Part shown: positions 13,986 to 27,077 of the stretch, piece after piece
How positions within the stretch are numbered: position 1 is the first letter of the stretch
How the letters are laid out: the number at the start of each line of letters is the position of its first letter
Source of the DNA: Macrostomum lignano
Lineage: Eukaryota
NCBI GenBank assembly: GCA_002269645.1
Contig: NIVC01000176.1
Location: 682,001 to 746,000 of the forward strand
Direction: 5' to 3'
DNA: 64,000 nucleotides
The notes under the pieces: model-generated
What the model saw: the letters and a program-made list of their open reading frames with translations, nothing else
Databases searched by the model: none
Told to the model about the DNA's origin: nothing
Position numbers and translations under genes: made by a program

Positions 13986-14280
13986 CTTGACAGTAACAGA
14001 TTGCTTATTAAACTAGATCTTGTCCTCAACTATGCGGAAACAAAACATGGCATAGCACAGGTTAAATAATTTTCAAGATTATTTAGTTCTGATCAGGCAT
14101 TATTCTACAGAATTTTTTTAATATATATAATAAGCAATCATAAACTTTTGAATTCATGTCAGTCAATTCTGCAACGCATTGTCCAAGCTTGAGTCCCAGA
14201 GGAGCCAATTTTATTGCCACGAATTTGCGTAATCAGACAATAAATCAAAATAGAATAATTAGTCTCGCAAGCGAACGGCC

Positions 14281-17200
14281 ATGGTCAGAACGGTTGTACG
14301 TCGCGCCTGCGACCCTGTTGTAGTGCAGAAGCTGTGGAACATGGTCGAGTGTAGTCGAGTGAACAAACAGGCAACTACTCTTGATAGGGTGACTCGGGCA
14401 GTGATGAAGGAGCTGTCAGCCAATGAGCAGGAGGCTGCTAAGCACATTGATGACGCGCTGTCTGATGGCCTACTGGAGCGCTACTCTTGGATAGTTGCCA
14501 AAGGCAGTCGCGCCGGCGAGTCTATGGAAGGCGTTCGCATTCCAGAATTTAAAGAGCCAATTGATAAACGATTCGAGCACGATTGGTATTGCTTCCGGTG
14601 TCACAAGCCCGGCGAGGTGCTCGAGTGCACCGAATGCTTCCGGGTTTGGCATCCGGCCTGTCTGCCTGGCAAAGCCGCGCCGACTGAGGGCGTCTTCCTC
14701 TGCCCCACCTGCGTGATGAACTCCAAGGCTGAGTATAAGCGAAAGCAGATTCGCAAACTGCTGGAGTTCGCCACCCACCGGCTTAAGGGCAAGCCATTGT
14801 GGAAAGATTTAGGCAAAATTGGCTACCTGGACGATCAGGGTCGGAATGACTATCTGCTGTTCAAGTACCTGGATTTGAATGTCATCTCCAGGAAGATTAA
14901 GGATGGCAGATACAGGTAAGTCTCTGTTTTTGTGTCTGTCCTAGTGTGTGTCTTAGAGCCTGTCCTAGTGTGTGTCTTAGAGCCTGTCCTAGTGTGTGTC
15001 TTAGAGCCTGTCCTAGTGTGTGTCTTAGAGCCTGTCCTAGTGTGTGTCTTAGAGCCTGTCCTAGTGTGTGTCTTAGAGCCTGTCCTAGTGTGTATCTTAG
15101 AGCCTGTCCTAGTGTGTGTCTTAGAGCCTGTCCTAGTGTGTGTCTTAGAGCCTGTCCTAGTGTGTGTCTTAGAGCCTGTCCTAGTGTGTGTCTTAGAGCC
15201 TGTCCTAGTGTGTATCTTAGAGCCTGTCCTAGTGTGTGTCTTAGAGCCTGTCCTAGTGTGTATCTTAGAGCCTGTCCTAGTGTGTGTCTTAGAGCCTGTC
15301 CTAGTGTGTGTCTTAGAGCCTGTCCTAGTGTGTGTCTTAGAGCCTGTCCTAGTGTGTGTCTTAGAGCCTGTCCTAGTGTGTGTCTTAGAGCCTGTCCTAG
15401 TGTGTATCTTAGAGCCTGTCCTAGTGTGTGTCTTAGAGCCTGTCCTAGTGTGTGTCTTAGAGCCTGTCCTAGTGTGTGTCTTAGAGCCTGTCCTAGTGTG
15501 TGTCTTAGAGCCTGTCCTAGTGTGTGTCTTAGAGCCTGTCCTAGTGTGTGTCTTAGAGCCTGTCCTAGTGTGTGTCTTAGAGCCTGTCCTAGTGTGTATC
15601 TTAGAGCCTGTCCTAGTGTGTGTCTTAGAGCCTGTCCTAGTGTGTATCTTAGAGCCTGTCCTAGTGTGTGTCTTAGAGCCTGTCCTAGTGTGTGTCTTAG
15701 AGCCTGTCCTAGTGTGTGTCTTAGAGCCTGTCCTAGTGTGTGTCTTAGAGCCTGTCCTAGTGTGTGTCTTAGAGCCTGTCCTAGTGTGTATCTTAGAGCC
15801 TGTCCTAGTGTGTGTCTTAGAGCCTGTCCTAGTGTGTGTCTTAGAGCCTGTCCTAGTGTGTGTCTTAGAGCCTGTCCTAGTGTGTGTCTTAGAGCCTGTC
15901 CTAGTGTGTGTCTTAGAGCCTGTCCTAGTGTGTGTCTTAGAGCCTGTCCTAGTGTGTGTCTTAGAGCCTGTCCTAGTGTGTGTCTTAGAGCCTGTCCTAG
16001 TGTGTGTCTTAGAGCCTGTCCTAGTGTGTGTCTTAGAGCCTGTCCTAGTGTGTGTCTTAGAGCCTGTCCTAGTGTGTATCTTAGAGCCTGTCCTAGTGTG
16101 TGTCTTAGAGCCTGTCCTAGTGTGTGTCTTTGAGCCTGTCCTAGTGTGTGTCTTAGAGCCTGTCCTAGTGTGTGTCTTAGAGCCTGTCCTAGTGTGTGTC
16201 TTAGAGCCTGTCCTAGTGTGTGTCTTAGAGCCTGTCCTAGTGTGTGTCTTAGAGCCTGTCCTAGTGTGTGTCTTAGAGCCTGTCCTAGTGTGTGTCTTAG
16301 AGCCTGTCCTAGTGTGTGTCTTAGAGCCTGTCCTAGTGTGTATCTTAGAGCCTGTCCTAGTGTGTGTCTTAGAGCCTGTCCTAGTGTGTCTTAGAGCCTG
16401 TCCTAGTGTGTGTCTAGAGCCTGTCCTAGTGCGTGTCTTAGAGCCTGTCCTAGTGTGTGTCTTAGAGCCTGTCCTAGTGTGTGTCTTAGAGCCTGTCCTA
16501 GTGTGTATCTTAGAGCCTGTCCTAGTGTGTGTCTTAGAGCCTGTCCTAGTGTGTGTCTTAGAGCCTGTCCTAGTGTGTGTCTTAGAGCCTGTCCTAGTGT
16601 GTGTCTAGAGCCTGTCCTAGTGCGTGTCTTAGAGCCTGTCCTAGTGTGTGTCTTAGAGCCTGTCCTAGTGTGTGTCTTAGAGCCTGTCCTAGTGTGTCTG
16701 TCCTAGTTTCTGTCTTAATGTCTGTCCTAGTGCCTGTCCTAGTGTCTGTCCTAGTGCCTTTCCTAGTATGTCTTAGTGTCTATCCTAGTGTCGGTTTTAA
16801 CGTTTATACTCCACAGCCCTGCCTGCAAATATCATAGCTATTTGTGTGTGTCTTTGTGCCTGTCCTAGTGTGTGTCTTAGAGCCTGTCCTATTGTGTGTC
16901 TTAGAGCCTGTCCTAGTGTGTGTCTTAGAGCCTGTCCTAGTGTGTGTCTTAGAGCCTGTCCTAGTGTGTATCTTAGAGCCTGTCCTAGTGTGTGTCTTAG
17001 AGCCTGTCCTAGTGTGTGTCTTAGAGCCTGTCCTAGTGTAGTGTGTGTCTTAGAGCCTGTCCTAGTGTAGTGTGTGTCTTAGAGCCTGTCCTAGTGTAGT
17101 GTGTGTCTTAGAGCCTGTCCTAGTGTAGTGTGTGTCTTAGAGCCTGTCCTAGTGTGTGTCTTAGAGCCTGTCCTAGTGTGTGTCTTAGAGCCTGTCCTAG

Positions 17201-20200
17201 TGTGTATCTTAGAGCCTGTCCTAGTGTGTGTCTTAGAGCCTGTCCTAGTGTGTATCTTAGAGCCTGTCCTAGTGTGTGTCTTAGAGCCTGTCCTAGTGTG
17301 TGTCTAGAGCCTGTCCTAGTGTGTGTCTTAGAGCCTGTCCTAGTGTGTGTCTTAGAGCCTGTCCTAGTGTGTGTCTTAGAGCCTGTCCTAGTGTGTGTCT
17401 TAGAGCCTGTCCTAGTGTGTGTCTTAGAGCCTGTCCTAGTGTGTGTCTTAGAGCCTGTCCTAGTGTGTGTCTAGAGCCTGTCCTAGTGCGTGTCTTAGAG
17501 CCTGTCCTAGTGTGTGTCTTAGAGCCTGTCCTAGTGTGTGTCTTAGAGCCTGTCCTAGTGTGTCTGTCCTAGTTTCTGTCTTAATGTCTGTCCTAGTGCC
17601 TGTCCTAGTGTCTGTCCTAGTGCCTTTCCTAGTATGTCTTAGTGTCTATCCTAGTGTCGGTTTTAACGTTTATACTCCACAGCCCTGCCTGCAAATATCA
17701 TAGCTATTTGTGTGTGTCTTTGTGCCTGTATTTTTTCATAGTCTGACTTAGTAATCAGTTTTTGGCCTGACCCGGAAATAACTTCTAATAAACCAATCCA
17801 GGTCGCTAGAGTCGTTCTTAGTAGACGTGAACACCCTGCTTCACGACGTGTGCGTAATGTACGGCGACCTCAGCAACATGGCCGACCTTGCTCGCGTACT
17901 GCTCAGAGAAATTGAAGTGGAAATCTACGAGATTCGATTGTGCACTAACTGCTACATTAACGCCAAGGCCCGGCCGTCCGAATGGGTCAGCAAGCCTTGC
18001 CGGCCGGCCCACGAGCTGGTCTGGGCCAAGCTTAAAGGCTTCCCGTTCTGGCCGGCCAAAGTGCTGGAGGAGAAGGACACCACTTATGAGGTTCGGACTG
18101 GCCTTTGCTTGAGTGTGCGGCTGCCCCCCCCCCTAGATTCTTCAGTGTGCGGCTGCCCCCCCCCCCCAGATTCTTCAGTGTGCGGCTGCCCCCCCCAGAT
18201 TCTTCAGTGTGCGGCTGCCCCCCCCAGATTTTTCAGTGTGCGGCTGCCCCCCCCCCCCCCCCCCAGATTCTTCAGTGTGCGGCTGCCCCCCCCCAGATTC
18301 TTCAGTGTGCGGCTGCCCCCCCCCCCCCAGATTCTTCAGTATGTGGCTGCCGCCCCCCCCCAGATTCTTCAGTGTGCGGCTGCCCCCCCCCAGATTCTTC
18401 AGTATGTGGCTGCCGCCCCCCCCCCCCCAGATTCTTCAGTGTGCGGCTGCCCCCCCCTCAGATTCTTCAGTATGCGGCTGCCCCCCCCCCAGATTCTTCA
18501 GTGTGCGGCTGCCGCCCCCCCCCCCCCAGATTCTTCAGTGTGCGGCTGCCGCCCCCCCCCCCAGATTCTTCAGTGTGCGGCTGCCCCCCCCCAGATTCTT
18601 CAGTGTGCGGCTGCCCCCCCCCCAGATTCTTCAGTATGTGGCTGCCCCCCCCAGATTCTTCAGTGTGCGGCTGCCCCCCTCAGATTCTTCAGTATGCGGC
18701 TGCCCCCCCCAGATTCTTCAGTGTGCGGCTGCCGCCCCCCCCCCCAGATTCTTCAGTGTGCGGCTGCCGCCCCCCCCTCCCAGATTCTTCAGTGTGCGGC
18801 TGCCCCCCCAGATTCTTCAGTGTGCGGCTGCCCCCCCCCCAGATTCTTCAGTATGCGGCTGCCCCCCCCCCCAGATTCTTCAGTGTGCGGCTGCCCCCCC
18901 CCAGATTCTTCAGTGTGCGGCTGCCCCCCCCCCAGATTCTTCAGTATGTGGCTGCCCCCCCCCAGATTCTTCAGTGTGCGGCTGCCGCCCCCCCCCCCAG
19001 ATTCTTCAGTGTGCGGCTGCCCCCCCTCCAGATTCTTCAGTGTGTGGCTGCCCCTCCCCGATGCTTCAGTGTGTGGCTGCCCCCCTTCCCGATACTTCAG
19101 ATGCTTTTCGAATCTCAAACAAGTAAAACCTCGTAATTTCCAGGTTCGATTCTTCGGCAGCTACCACGAGCGCGCCGCGGTCACCAAGGAGAGCACCAGG
19201 CCGTACGACATCCCGCCCGAGGAGCTGGGCGTTCGCCGGACTCCGGCATTCCAACGGGCCCTAAACGAAGTGCAGAAGCTTCAGAAGCTGGTAGGCGAAG
19301 GCTACTACACCAGCAGCAGCGGCGACTCCGACATGCCGCCTAGCGATGACGATTGGTCGGATGAGCTGTACATCCTGGCCGCGGCTGGTGGCGCCGGCAG
19401 CGGCGGCTCCGCTGCTAGGAAGCGCCGCCCCTCGTCGGCTGTCGACGCTACCGGAGCCAAGAAGGCGGCGCTGACTTCGCCATCATCCGGCGTAGCTGCC
19501 GGCTCGTCCTCCGGCTTGTCGCCGACGCGTCGACCTCCGGCGACAGGGGCAAACTCTGCTAGCAAGTCGAAGCAGAAAAATAAGAAAAAGAAACCGGCCT
19601 CAAAGCGTCGTCGAGCCGCCGCCGCGTCGGGAACAACGTCGGAATCCGATGCCGAGGAAGATGACGATATGGACGACGAGGACTCCATAACTGCCACCGC
19701 CGCCGCAGCCGCAGCTGCGACATCGGCCAAAAACGAGGCAATGTCGGACGCCGATTCAGAATCGTCTGAGTCTCGCGACGAATGGCGCATCCGGGTCGGC
19801 CTGAGTCCAACCGGCAGCGGCAAAAGCGGCAGGAGCGGCACCGGCGTCGGCGCTGGAAGCAGCGTTGCCAGCGGGAAGGCCACGAGAAAGAAGCCAGCTA
19901 CACCTGCGGCGCCGTCTAGCGTGTCCACTGTCGCTACTGGCGCCAAGAAGGCGGCAGCGCCGGCTGCCACAGCGACGTCGAGTCGACGCTCAGCGCCGAC
20001 AGCCTCTTCAGCCTCCGCCGCCGCCGCCGCCTCAACCGCCTCCGCAGCCTCGTCGAAGCTTCGCCGCGGGGCCGGTAGCAGCGGCAGCGGCGCTATCACC
20101 GTTGCCACCGGCGGGGTCGGCGCCGCCATCATGGCGTCTCCAACGGCGTCCGCATCCACCGCAACTTCGTCTCGACGATCGGCTGCCGCGGGCGCTGCTG

Positions 20201-21627
20201 CCAAGCAGAGCAAGCAGCAGCAGCAGAAGAAGCCGCCACCAACTCAGCAGCAGCAGCGCCAGCGCAAGCGGTTGGATTTGAGCAGCACGGACTCCAGCGC
20301 CAGCTCCTCGCCCGGTTCAACCTGCGCTGTAACGTCGAGCATCGTTGAGCCGCGTCAGCAGCAGCACCATCAGCAGCAGCATCAGTCGTCGGGCCAAACG
20401 CAACCGCCGCAGCCCGGTCAGCATCATCAGCAGCAGCAGCCGCATCATTCTGCTGGCGGTGGCGGCGCCTCTGCGGCCGCTTCGGCCGGGGCTGGCGGAG
20501 CCGCTTTGCGTACCCCGAGCCCGGTGAAGATGGTGCACAGGTGAGTGAGGCTTTTGCACTTTTGTTTAGTCCCGACATAATCCTCAGTAATAGTCCCGAT
20601 ATAAGTCCTGAAAATAGTCTCGACATAATGGTCCCAACATAAGTCTTGAATGTTGATCCCAACATAAGTCTTGAATGTTGATCCCAACATAAGTCTTGAA
20701 TGTTGATCCCAACATAAGTCTTGAATGTTGATCCCAACATAAGTCTTGAATGTTGATCCCAACATAAGTCTTGAATGTTGATCCCAACATAAGTCTTGAA
20801 TGTTGATCCCAACATAAGTTCCGAATGTTATTCCTAACATAAGTCCCAAAAATAGTCCCGATATCAGCCTCGACAGAAGTCCCAATAGTGGTCCTGATAT
20901 GAGTCCGGATAATGGTCCCGACAGAAGTCTTGATAATAGTCCCGATAGTAGTCCCAGTAATGGTCCGAACATAAGTCCCAATAATGGTCCCAACATAAGT
21001 CCCAATAATGGTCCCAACATAAGTCCCAATAATGGTCCCAACATAAGTCCCAATAATGGTCCCAACATAAGTCCCAATAATGGTCCCAACATAAGTCCCA
21101 ATAATGGTCCCAACATAAGTCCCAATAATGGTCCCAACATAAGTCCAAATAATGGTCCCGATATACGTCCGGGTAATGGTCCCAACAGAAGTCCCGATAA
21201 CAGTCCCGACACAGTCCCGATTATTAGCCAGCATAATGCATACAGCTCATCCCCTCTTACCCCCCCCCCCAACAGATCCGTGCAAGCCTCCACCCTGGAC
21301 GCCAACGTATTCGAAGAAGCTCTGGCCGCCGAGCGCAAGAAGCTGGAGGAGGCGGTCACGGCAGCTCGTATCCAAGCGGAGGCGCAGACTAAAGCTGAGC
21401 TGGACAAATCCGAGGCGGATTTGCGCGGCGAATTCCAGCGCGAACTAGAGAACATCATGCACCAGCACAGAGAGGCCATTGCTAACACTAAGCGCAGGCA
21501 ATGGTGCTACAATTGCCTAGAAGAGGCCATGTACCATTGCTGTTGGAACACTTCCTATTGCAGCATCAAGTGCCAGCAGGACCACTGGCACAAGGAGCAC
21601 AAACGGGTCTGCCGACGGAAGCGTTGA
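14281..21627 (+). CDS. ZMYND11: ZMYND11/BS69 chromatin reader (N-terminal winged-helix-like, PHD, bromo, PWWP, MYND); join(14281..14915,17802..18090,19144..20540,21276..21627), 890 aa
   Basis: N-terminus resembles ZMYND11 (RRACDP..QKLW...[11 protein letters not shown]). PHD: [32 protein letters not shown]: [20 protein letters not shown]|VRFFG. C-terminal MYND: [40 protein letters not shown]. Splice phases are consistent; total 2673 nt. Confidence 0.93.
14935..17730. repeat. 24-bp minisatellite (about 2.8 kb) in ZMYND11 intron 1, with a higher-order internal duplication
   Basis: Unit cctgtcctagtgtgtgtcttagag. The non-repetitive spacer gtcggttttaacg...gcaaatatcatagc occurs twice (about 16790 and 17655). 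Confidence 0.95.
18100..19100. repeat. About 28-33-bp minisatellite with variable C-run in ZMYND11 intron 2
   Basis: Unit cagattcttcagtgtgcggctg(c)n. Confidence 0.9.
20620..21200. repeat. Related 25-bp and 24-bp minisatellites in ZMYND11 intron 3
   Basis: Units cccaacataagtcttgaatgttgat and cccaataatggtcccaacataagt. Confidence 0.9.
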
Positions 21628-21719
21628 ATTGGGGCACTGGTCCGGTCAGCGATCTGATTATCGTGTAATTGCTGGGTTAGGGATATGTGGGATACAGTGC
21701 GCCCGTATGAATTTGTATA

Positions 21720-22135
21720 TATAATGTACATTGATTGACATTGATCTGCAATGTACATTGATTGACATTGATGTGTGATGTACATTGATTGACATTGATG
21801 TGTGATGTACATTGATTGACAATTGATGTGTGATGTAAATTGATTGACATTGATGTGTGATGTACATTGATTGACATTGATGTGTGATGTAAATTGATTG
21901 ACATTGATGTGTGATGTACATTGATTGACATTGATGTGTGATGTACATTGATTGACATTCATGTGTGATGTACATTGATTGACATTTATGTGTGATGTAC
22001 ATTGATTGACATTTATGTGTGATGTACATTGATTGACATTTATGTGTGATGTACATTGATTGACATTTATGTGTAATGTAAATTGATTGACATTAATATT
22101 GTGATGTACATTGATTGACATTAATGTATGATGTA
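21720..22135. repeat. 27-bp minisatellite just after the ZMYND11 stop
   Basis: Unit tgtgatgtacattgattgacattgatg. Confidence 0.9.
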
Positions 22136-23415
22136 CATTTTAAATGATTACATCATCACGCCAGTTTAGCAGCAGCTGTCGTCATTTGCCAGCAGAAAAA
22201 GAGGCAGTAAGTGAATAATAGAAATAATTCACACTTTTATTGTTAGTATGCATATAGTCTCATGTTTTGATGTATATTTTTACACCTGTGTATTTCTATC
22301 TGCACCTGTTCCCAAATTGGAAATTTTCAATTGATGTCAGCATGCCTTTTATTTAAGGCATTGTCTATACAATTATTTATGTAGCTATCAGATATGCTTC
22401 AAGATTCATCTGTGTCATTTTTTAAACTTGAATTGATCAATTTATTATCAAATTTTTTATAATCTCGTTAGCGTTCTCTGTCTAATTAAATGTGTCTCCA
22501 TGTGTTGTCTTTTATCTACTACGTCTGCACACTTAATTTTATATTGCTACTGTTGCCAGTAGTGTCAAACGCTAGCTGGCGTTGTAAAATTTTACCCATA
22601 GCAAAGAAATGGCACGTTAATGATGCTTTATTTATAATAATTTGCAGCTTTGATTGTTCCTATTTCTGCTGCTTTTTCTGCCTCCTTGTTGCTTGCTGCT
22701 TTGTTTAAAATGAATACCTGATCACTAATACCAGTATAGCACCCAGCTTCTCCTTGAATCCTGTTTTTTAAAATGCTTAATTTGCTTAAATTAAATTCTA
22801 TATAAATGATACATTATGATGCATAAATATCTCATTTTTTGGCAGCTCCTTCTAAGTTTGCTCTGTACTTTGCTAGTAGTGTGTTTTGTTGTTTTTGCGT
22901 TTGAAATCGCCCTGTTAATCAGCCTTTTGATGTTTTATTATATTGTTTTGCATATTATACTACTGCCATTATCCATGCTCTACTAGTAGTACTATGTGTA
23001 GCGCGAGTCCACTACTGGAGCACCAGTAGAAATCTTTTAAAATATCAGCCAGCCGCTTTTTCTGTTTTAAAAATTTACAATTTTATCTGTTTATTTAAAT
23101 CGGTTTTTCCCATCCTTTCAAAATGTACTACTTATAGTAAGTGTGGGGTCTGTTGAACTGCTGCTATTTCTGTCTGACCGCATAACGACAGGTACTACTT
23201 ATGACTGACTTCTTCATTCTGATTCAAATGGTGTGTTTCCCTGTCAATAAGTTTGAAATTATGTTTACTTCTGTCTGTTTGTCTGTGTGTGTCTGTGTGT
23301 GTTTGTGTGTCTTTCTGTCTGTCTGTCTGTCTGTGTGTCTGTCTGTCTGTCTGTCTGTCTGTGTCTATGTGTTTGTGTGTCTGTCTGTCTGTCTGCCTGT
23401 GTCTGTGTGTTTGTG

Positions 23416-23464
<49 letters not shown>

Positions 23465-23513
23465 TTCTGTCTGTCTGTCTGTCTGTGTGTCTGTCTGTGT
23501 CTGTGTGTTTGTG

Positions 23514-23592
<79 letters not shown>

Positions 23593-25280
23593 ATATCGGC
23601 TCTTCTCTTATGCCAGTGCAGTACGAACAGTCTTAGCATAAGATTGTATCTCAGCAAATAAAATTCTATATTGCTTCATTTTATCTAGTTTGGTACTTTG
23701 GTTTGGTACTTGCATAAATTCGTTTTTTATTAAGCCCAATGGCCTACGCAGTACATATAAATTTTATAATTTGCATGCCAGCTTTTTTGAATCGGAATAG
23801 CAATTGTTTTTATTGTAATAAAATACCTGTATAAAAATGTAATTAATTTTTTGTATCAGACTACAATGAGTTATTATACCATCAAACAATGGTGTCATTT
23901 TACTATTCGTCAAAAGTACATTTTTAATGCTCCGTTTTCTCTTTTCTATGTCTGTTGCGTTAAATTCAAACAGACATTTACCTTTTTTTAAATCATACTA
24001 CTGCAACTACTGTCTGTGAGTAGAATGTAGTGAAATTTAGTTTTTTTCCTCTTTAGTCTGTGCATATACGCTTACTACAACCGTGTCAGAAGCAGGTTTT
24101 TTGTTAGTTGCGTTTTAATTATACACCTAGCTAGCTGGAGTAATGAACTGCACAGCGCTCCCCAGTATACACATTTTCCTTTTTATTATCTATTACATAT
24201 TTATGTATGCATATTCGTGTGAAAGTAAATAATATCAATAGTATCACTACTGTCAGTTTTGTGTGCAAAACTAAATTATTATTAGTAAATGAACGCAATA
24301 AACATACTGTCTGTTATTAATCATAAGTGAGCGGCTTGTCATTGTGCCGTCGCATCTTATCTTTGTTTTTTGCTTCTTTGTGACAATTGACAATGTTAGA
24401 AATACAGCATTCACCGCTAGCTCAATATCAGGTCATTCACCACTAGCTCAATATCAGGTCATTCACCACTAGCTCAATATCAGGTCATTCACCGCTAGCT
24501 CAATATCAGGTCATTCACCGCTAGCTCAATATCAGGTCATTCACCGCTAGCTCAATATCAGGTCATTCACCGCTAGCTCAATATCAGGTCATTCACCGCT
24601 AGCTCAATATCAGGTCATTCACCGCTAGCTCAATATCAGGTCATTCACCGCTAGCTCAATATCAGGTCATTCACCGCTAGCTCAATATCAGGTCATTCAC
24701 CGTTAACCCAATATCAGGTCATTCACCACTAGCTAAATATCAGGTCATTCACCGTTAACCCAATATCAGGTCATTCACCACTAGCCCAATATCAGGTGAT
24801 TCACCGCTAGCTAAATATCAGGTCATTCATCGCTAGCCCAGTATCAGGTCATTCAGGGGTGCAGAAAGGGTGATAGGGTCATTAGCTCCCTGTCCAGGTC
24901 ATTAGCTCCCAGCATCAGGTCATTAGCTCTCAGCATCAGGTCATTAGCTCCCTGTCCAGGTCATTAGCTCCCAGCATCAGGTCATTAGCTCTCAGCATCA
25001 GGTCATTAGCTCCCAGCATCAGGTCATTAGCTCCCTGTCCAGGTCATTAGCTCCCAGCATCAGGTCATTAGCTCCCAGCATCAGGTCATTAGCTCTAAGC
25101 ATCAGGTCATTAGCTCTAAGCATCAGGTCGTTAGCTCCCAGCATCAGGTCATTAGCTCTAAGCATCAGGTCATTAGCTCTAAGCATCAGGTCATTAGCTC
25201 CCAGCATCAGGTCATTAGCTCCCAGCATCAGGTCATTAGCTCCCAGCATCAGGTCATTAGCTCCCAGCATCAGGTCATTA

Positions 25281-26582
25281 GGTAAAGTGGCTCGCTTGAT
25301 GAAGAGTAGATAAATAAAGGTAAATATCAACATGAAGTATTATTTGAGTTGCCGATGCATTTCGTCCATTTGCATTAGGACATCGTCAGGGTCTTTTTAT
25401 TGAGAAACAATTTGAACGAATATTCAGTATATATAGATAGTTGAGAGTAACAAGAGTAGTTGAATTGAGTTTTTAATTGATGGTTTAAAACTTGTACATA
25501 GTAATCAATTTTTGATACAGTATTGGTTGGGTAAAGTGCATATCAGTTTCAAGCCAGTCCGGTCATTGACAAATCAGCTAAAAAATTCTGAGTTGACGGC
25601 TAGCCCCACCCATCGCAAGTTGGTTATTTAACGTGGGCTGTTTGGTCTTAATGTACAGGGCTTCTAATAGGCAGAGCATGTGATCTCTATTACAAAAATC
25701 AATAGCCTTTATCATTTCGTGTGGTTCAGCCTCACAACAAGAATTGCAGGTTAGCAGGTGTTCGTTAATAGCAGAGTTTTTTAGCCAGTGCTCTCTGACC
25801 CTCGTGTATAAGTGTCGTTTAGTTTTTCCTATGTAGGAGATGCTCTGGTCCTCAGAGCAAACAAATTTATACACGACACCAGCCGCGAGAGGACGTGGAA
25901 CACTGGATTTCAACTTGCAGACAAACTTAGCAATCTTTTCGGTGCGAAACACAACACGGATTTGAGTGTTTAAGTCTTTACGGAGCAGCTTTTCTAACTT
26001 CTTTTTAAACTCTATAGACTTTGTTCTATAGACTTTGTTCTATCATCTCCTACATAGGAAAAACTAAACGACACTTATACACGAGGGTCAGAGAGCACTG
26101 GCTAAAAAACTCTGCTATTAACGAACACCTGCTAACCTGCAATTCTTGTTGTGAGGCTGAACCACACGAAATGATAAAGGCTATTGATTTTTGTAATAGA
26201 GATCACATGCTCTGCCTATTAGAAGCCCTGTACATTAAGACCAAACAGCCCACGTTAAATAACCAACTTGCGATGGGTGGGGCTAGCCGTCAACTCAGAA
26301 TTTTTTAGCTGATTTGTCAATGACCGGACTGGCTTGAAACTGATATGCACTTTACCCAACCAATACTGTATCAAAAATTGATTACTATGTACAAGTTTTA
26401 AACCATCAATTAAAAACTCAATTCAACTACTCTTGTTACTCTCAACTATCTATATATACTGAATATTCATTCAAATTGTTTCTCAATAAAAAGACCCTGA
26501 CGATGTCCTAATTCAAATGGACGAAATGCATCGGCAACTCAAATAATACTTCATGTTGATATTTACCTTTATTTATCTACTC
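25281..26582. mobile_element. Penelope-like element 3' fragments (GIY-YIG endonuclease plus tail) as an inverted pair: 539-bp arms 25304-25842 and 26044-26582
   Basis: ORFs 25578-25952(-) and 26021-26308(+) encode VVYKF.C...SYIGKTKRHLYTRVREH...SAINEH...LEALYIKTKQPTLN (PLE GIY-YIG). The arms are reverse complements, with at least 2 mismatches seen. tcaggtcatta flanks both sides (apparent 9-11-bp TSD). No RT domain is present. Confidence 0.85.
26497..26532 (+). ncRNA. Minimal hammerhead-ribozyme-like motif in the PLE tail (mirror copy 25354-25389, - strand)
   Basis: CTGACGA-T-GTCC-loop-GGAC-GAAA-TGCA-TC. PLE tails are known to carry minimal hammerheads. Stem I pairing is weak (about 2 bp). Confidence 0.5.
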
Positions 26583-27077
26583 AGGTCATTAGCTCCCAGC
26601 ATCAGGTCATTAGCTCTAAGCATCAGGTCATTAGCTCCCAGCATCAGGTCATTAGCTCTAAGCATCAGGTCATTAGCTCTAAGCATCAGGTCATTAGCTC
26701 CCAGCATCAGGTCATTAGCTCTAAGCATCAGGTCATTAGCTCTAAGCATCAGGTCATTAGCTCTAAGCATCAGGTCATTAGCTCCCAGCATCAGGTCATT
26801 AGCTCTAAGCATCAGGTTATTAGCTCCCAGCATCAGGTAATTAGCTCCCAGCATCAGGTAATTAGCTCCCAGCATCAGGTCATTAGCTCCCAGCATCAGG
26901 TCTCTACAAGCCCCACCTGTTGCATTGCAGCCGCGGTTCCTGTACGCACCACCACTGCCGCCCAACCGTGCTCAACAGTCTCCACCCAACCAATTCTGAT
27001 TGATAGCCAATTACTCTAAACTGTTATTATTAATGCTAGACAAATCAACAAGCAGATTAGCAGATTAAAGCGCGCCA

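Larger units (their letters stand above)
24410..26900. repeat. 26-bp and 21-bp minisatellite arrays (shared core atcaggtcatt), interrupted by the Penelope-like insert
   Basis: Units caccgctagctcaatatcaggtcatt (24410-24850) and atcaggtcattagctcccagc (24885-25280 and 26583-26900). Confidence 0.9.

Noticed and set aside
14932-17703. Long ORFs such as (LEPVLVCV)n and (LRACPSVC)n, and similar repeat ORFs elsewhere ([25 protein letters not shown])
   Set aside because: They are translations of intronic mini/microsatellites that lack stops by composition, bounded by clear splice sites of real genes.
19305-21488. Long antisense ORFs over ZMYND11 (and similar ones over MAP3K1 and the LINE)
   Set aside because: Shadow frames of GC-rich, low-complexity coding sequence.
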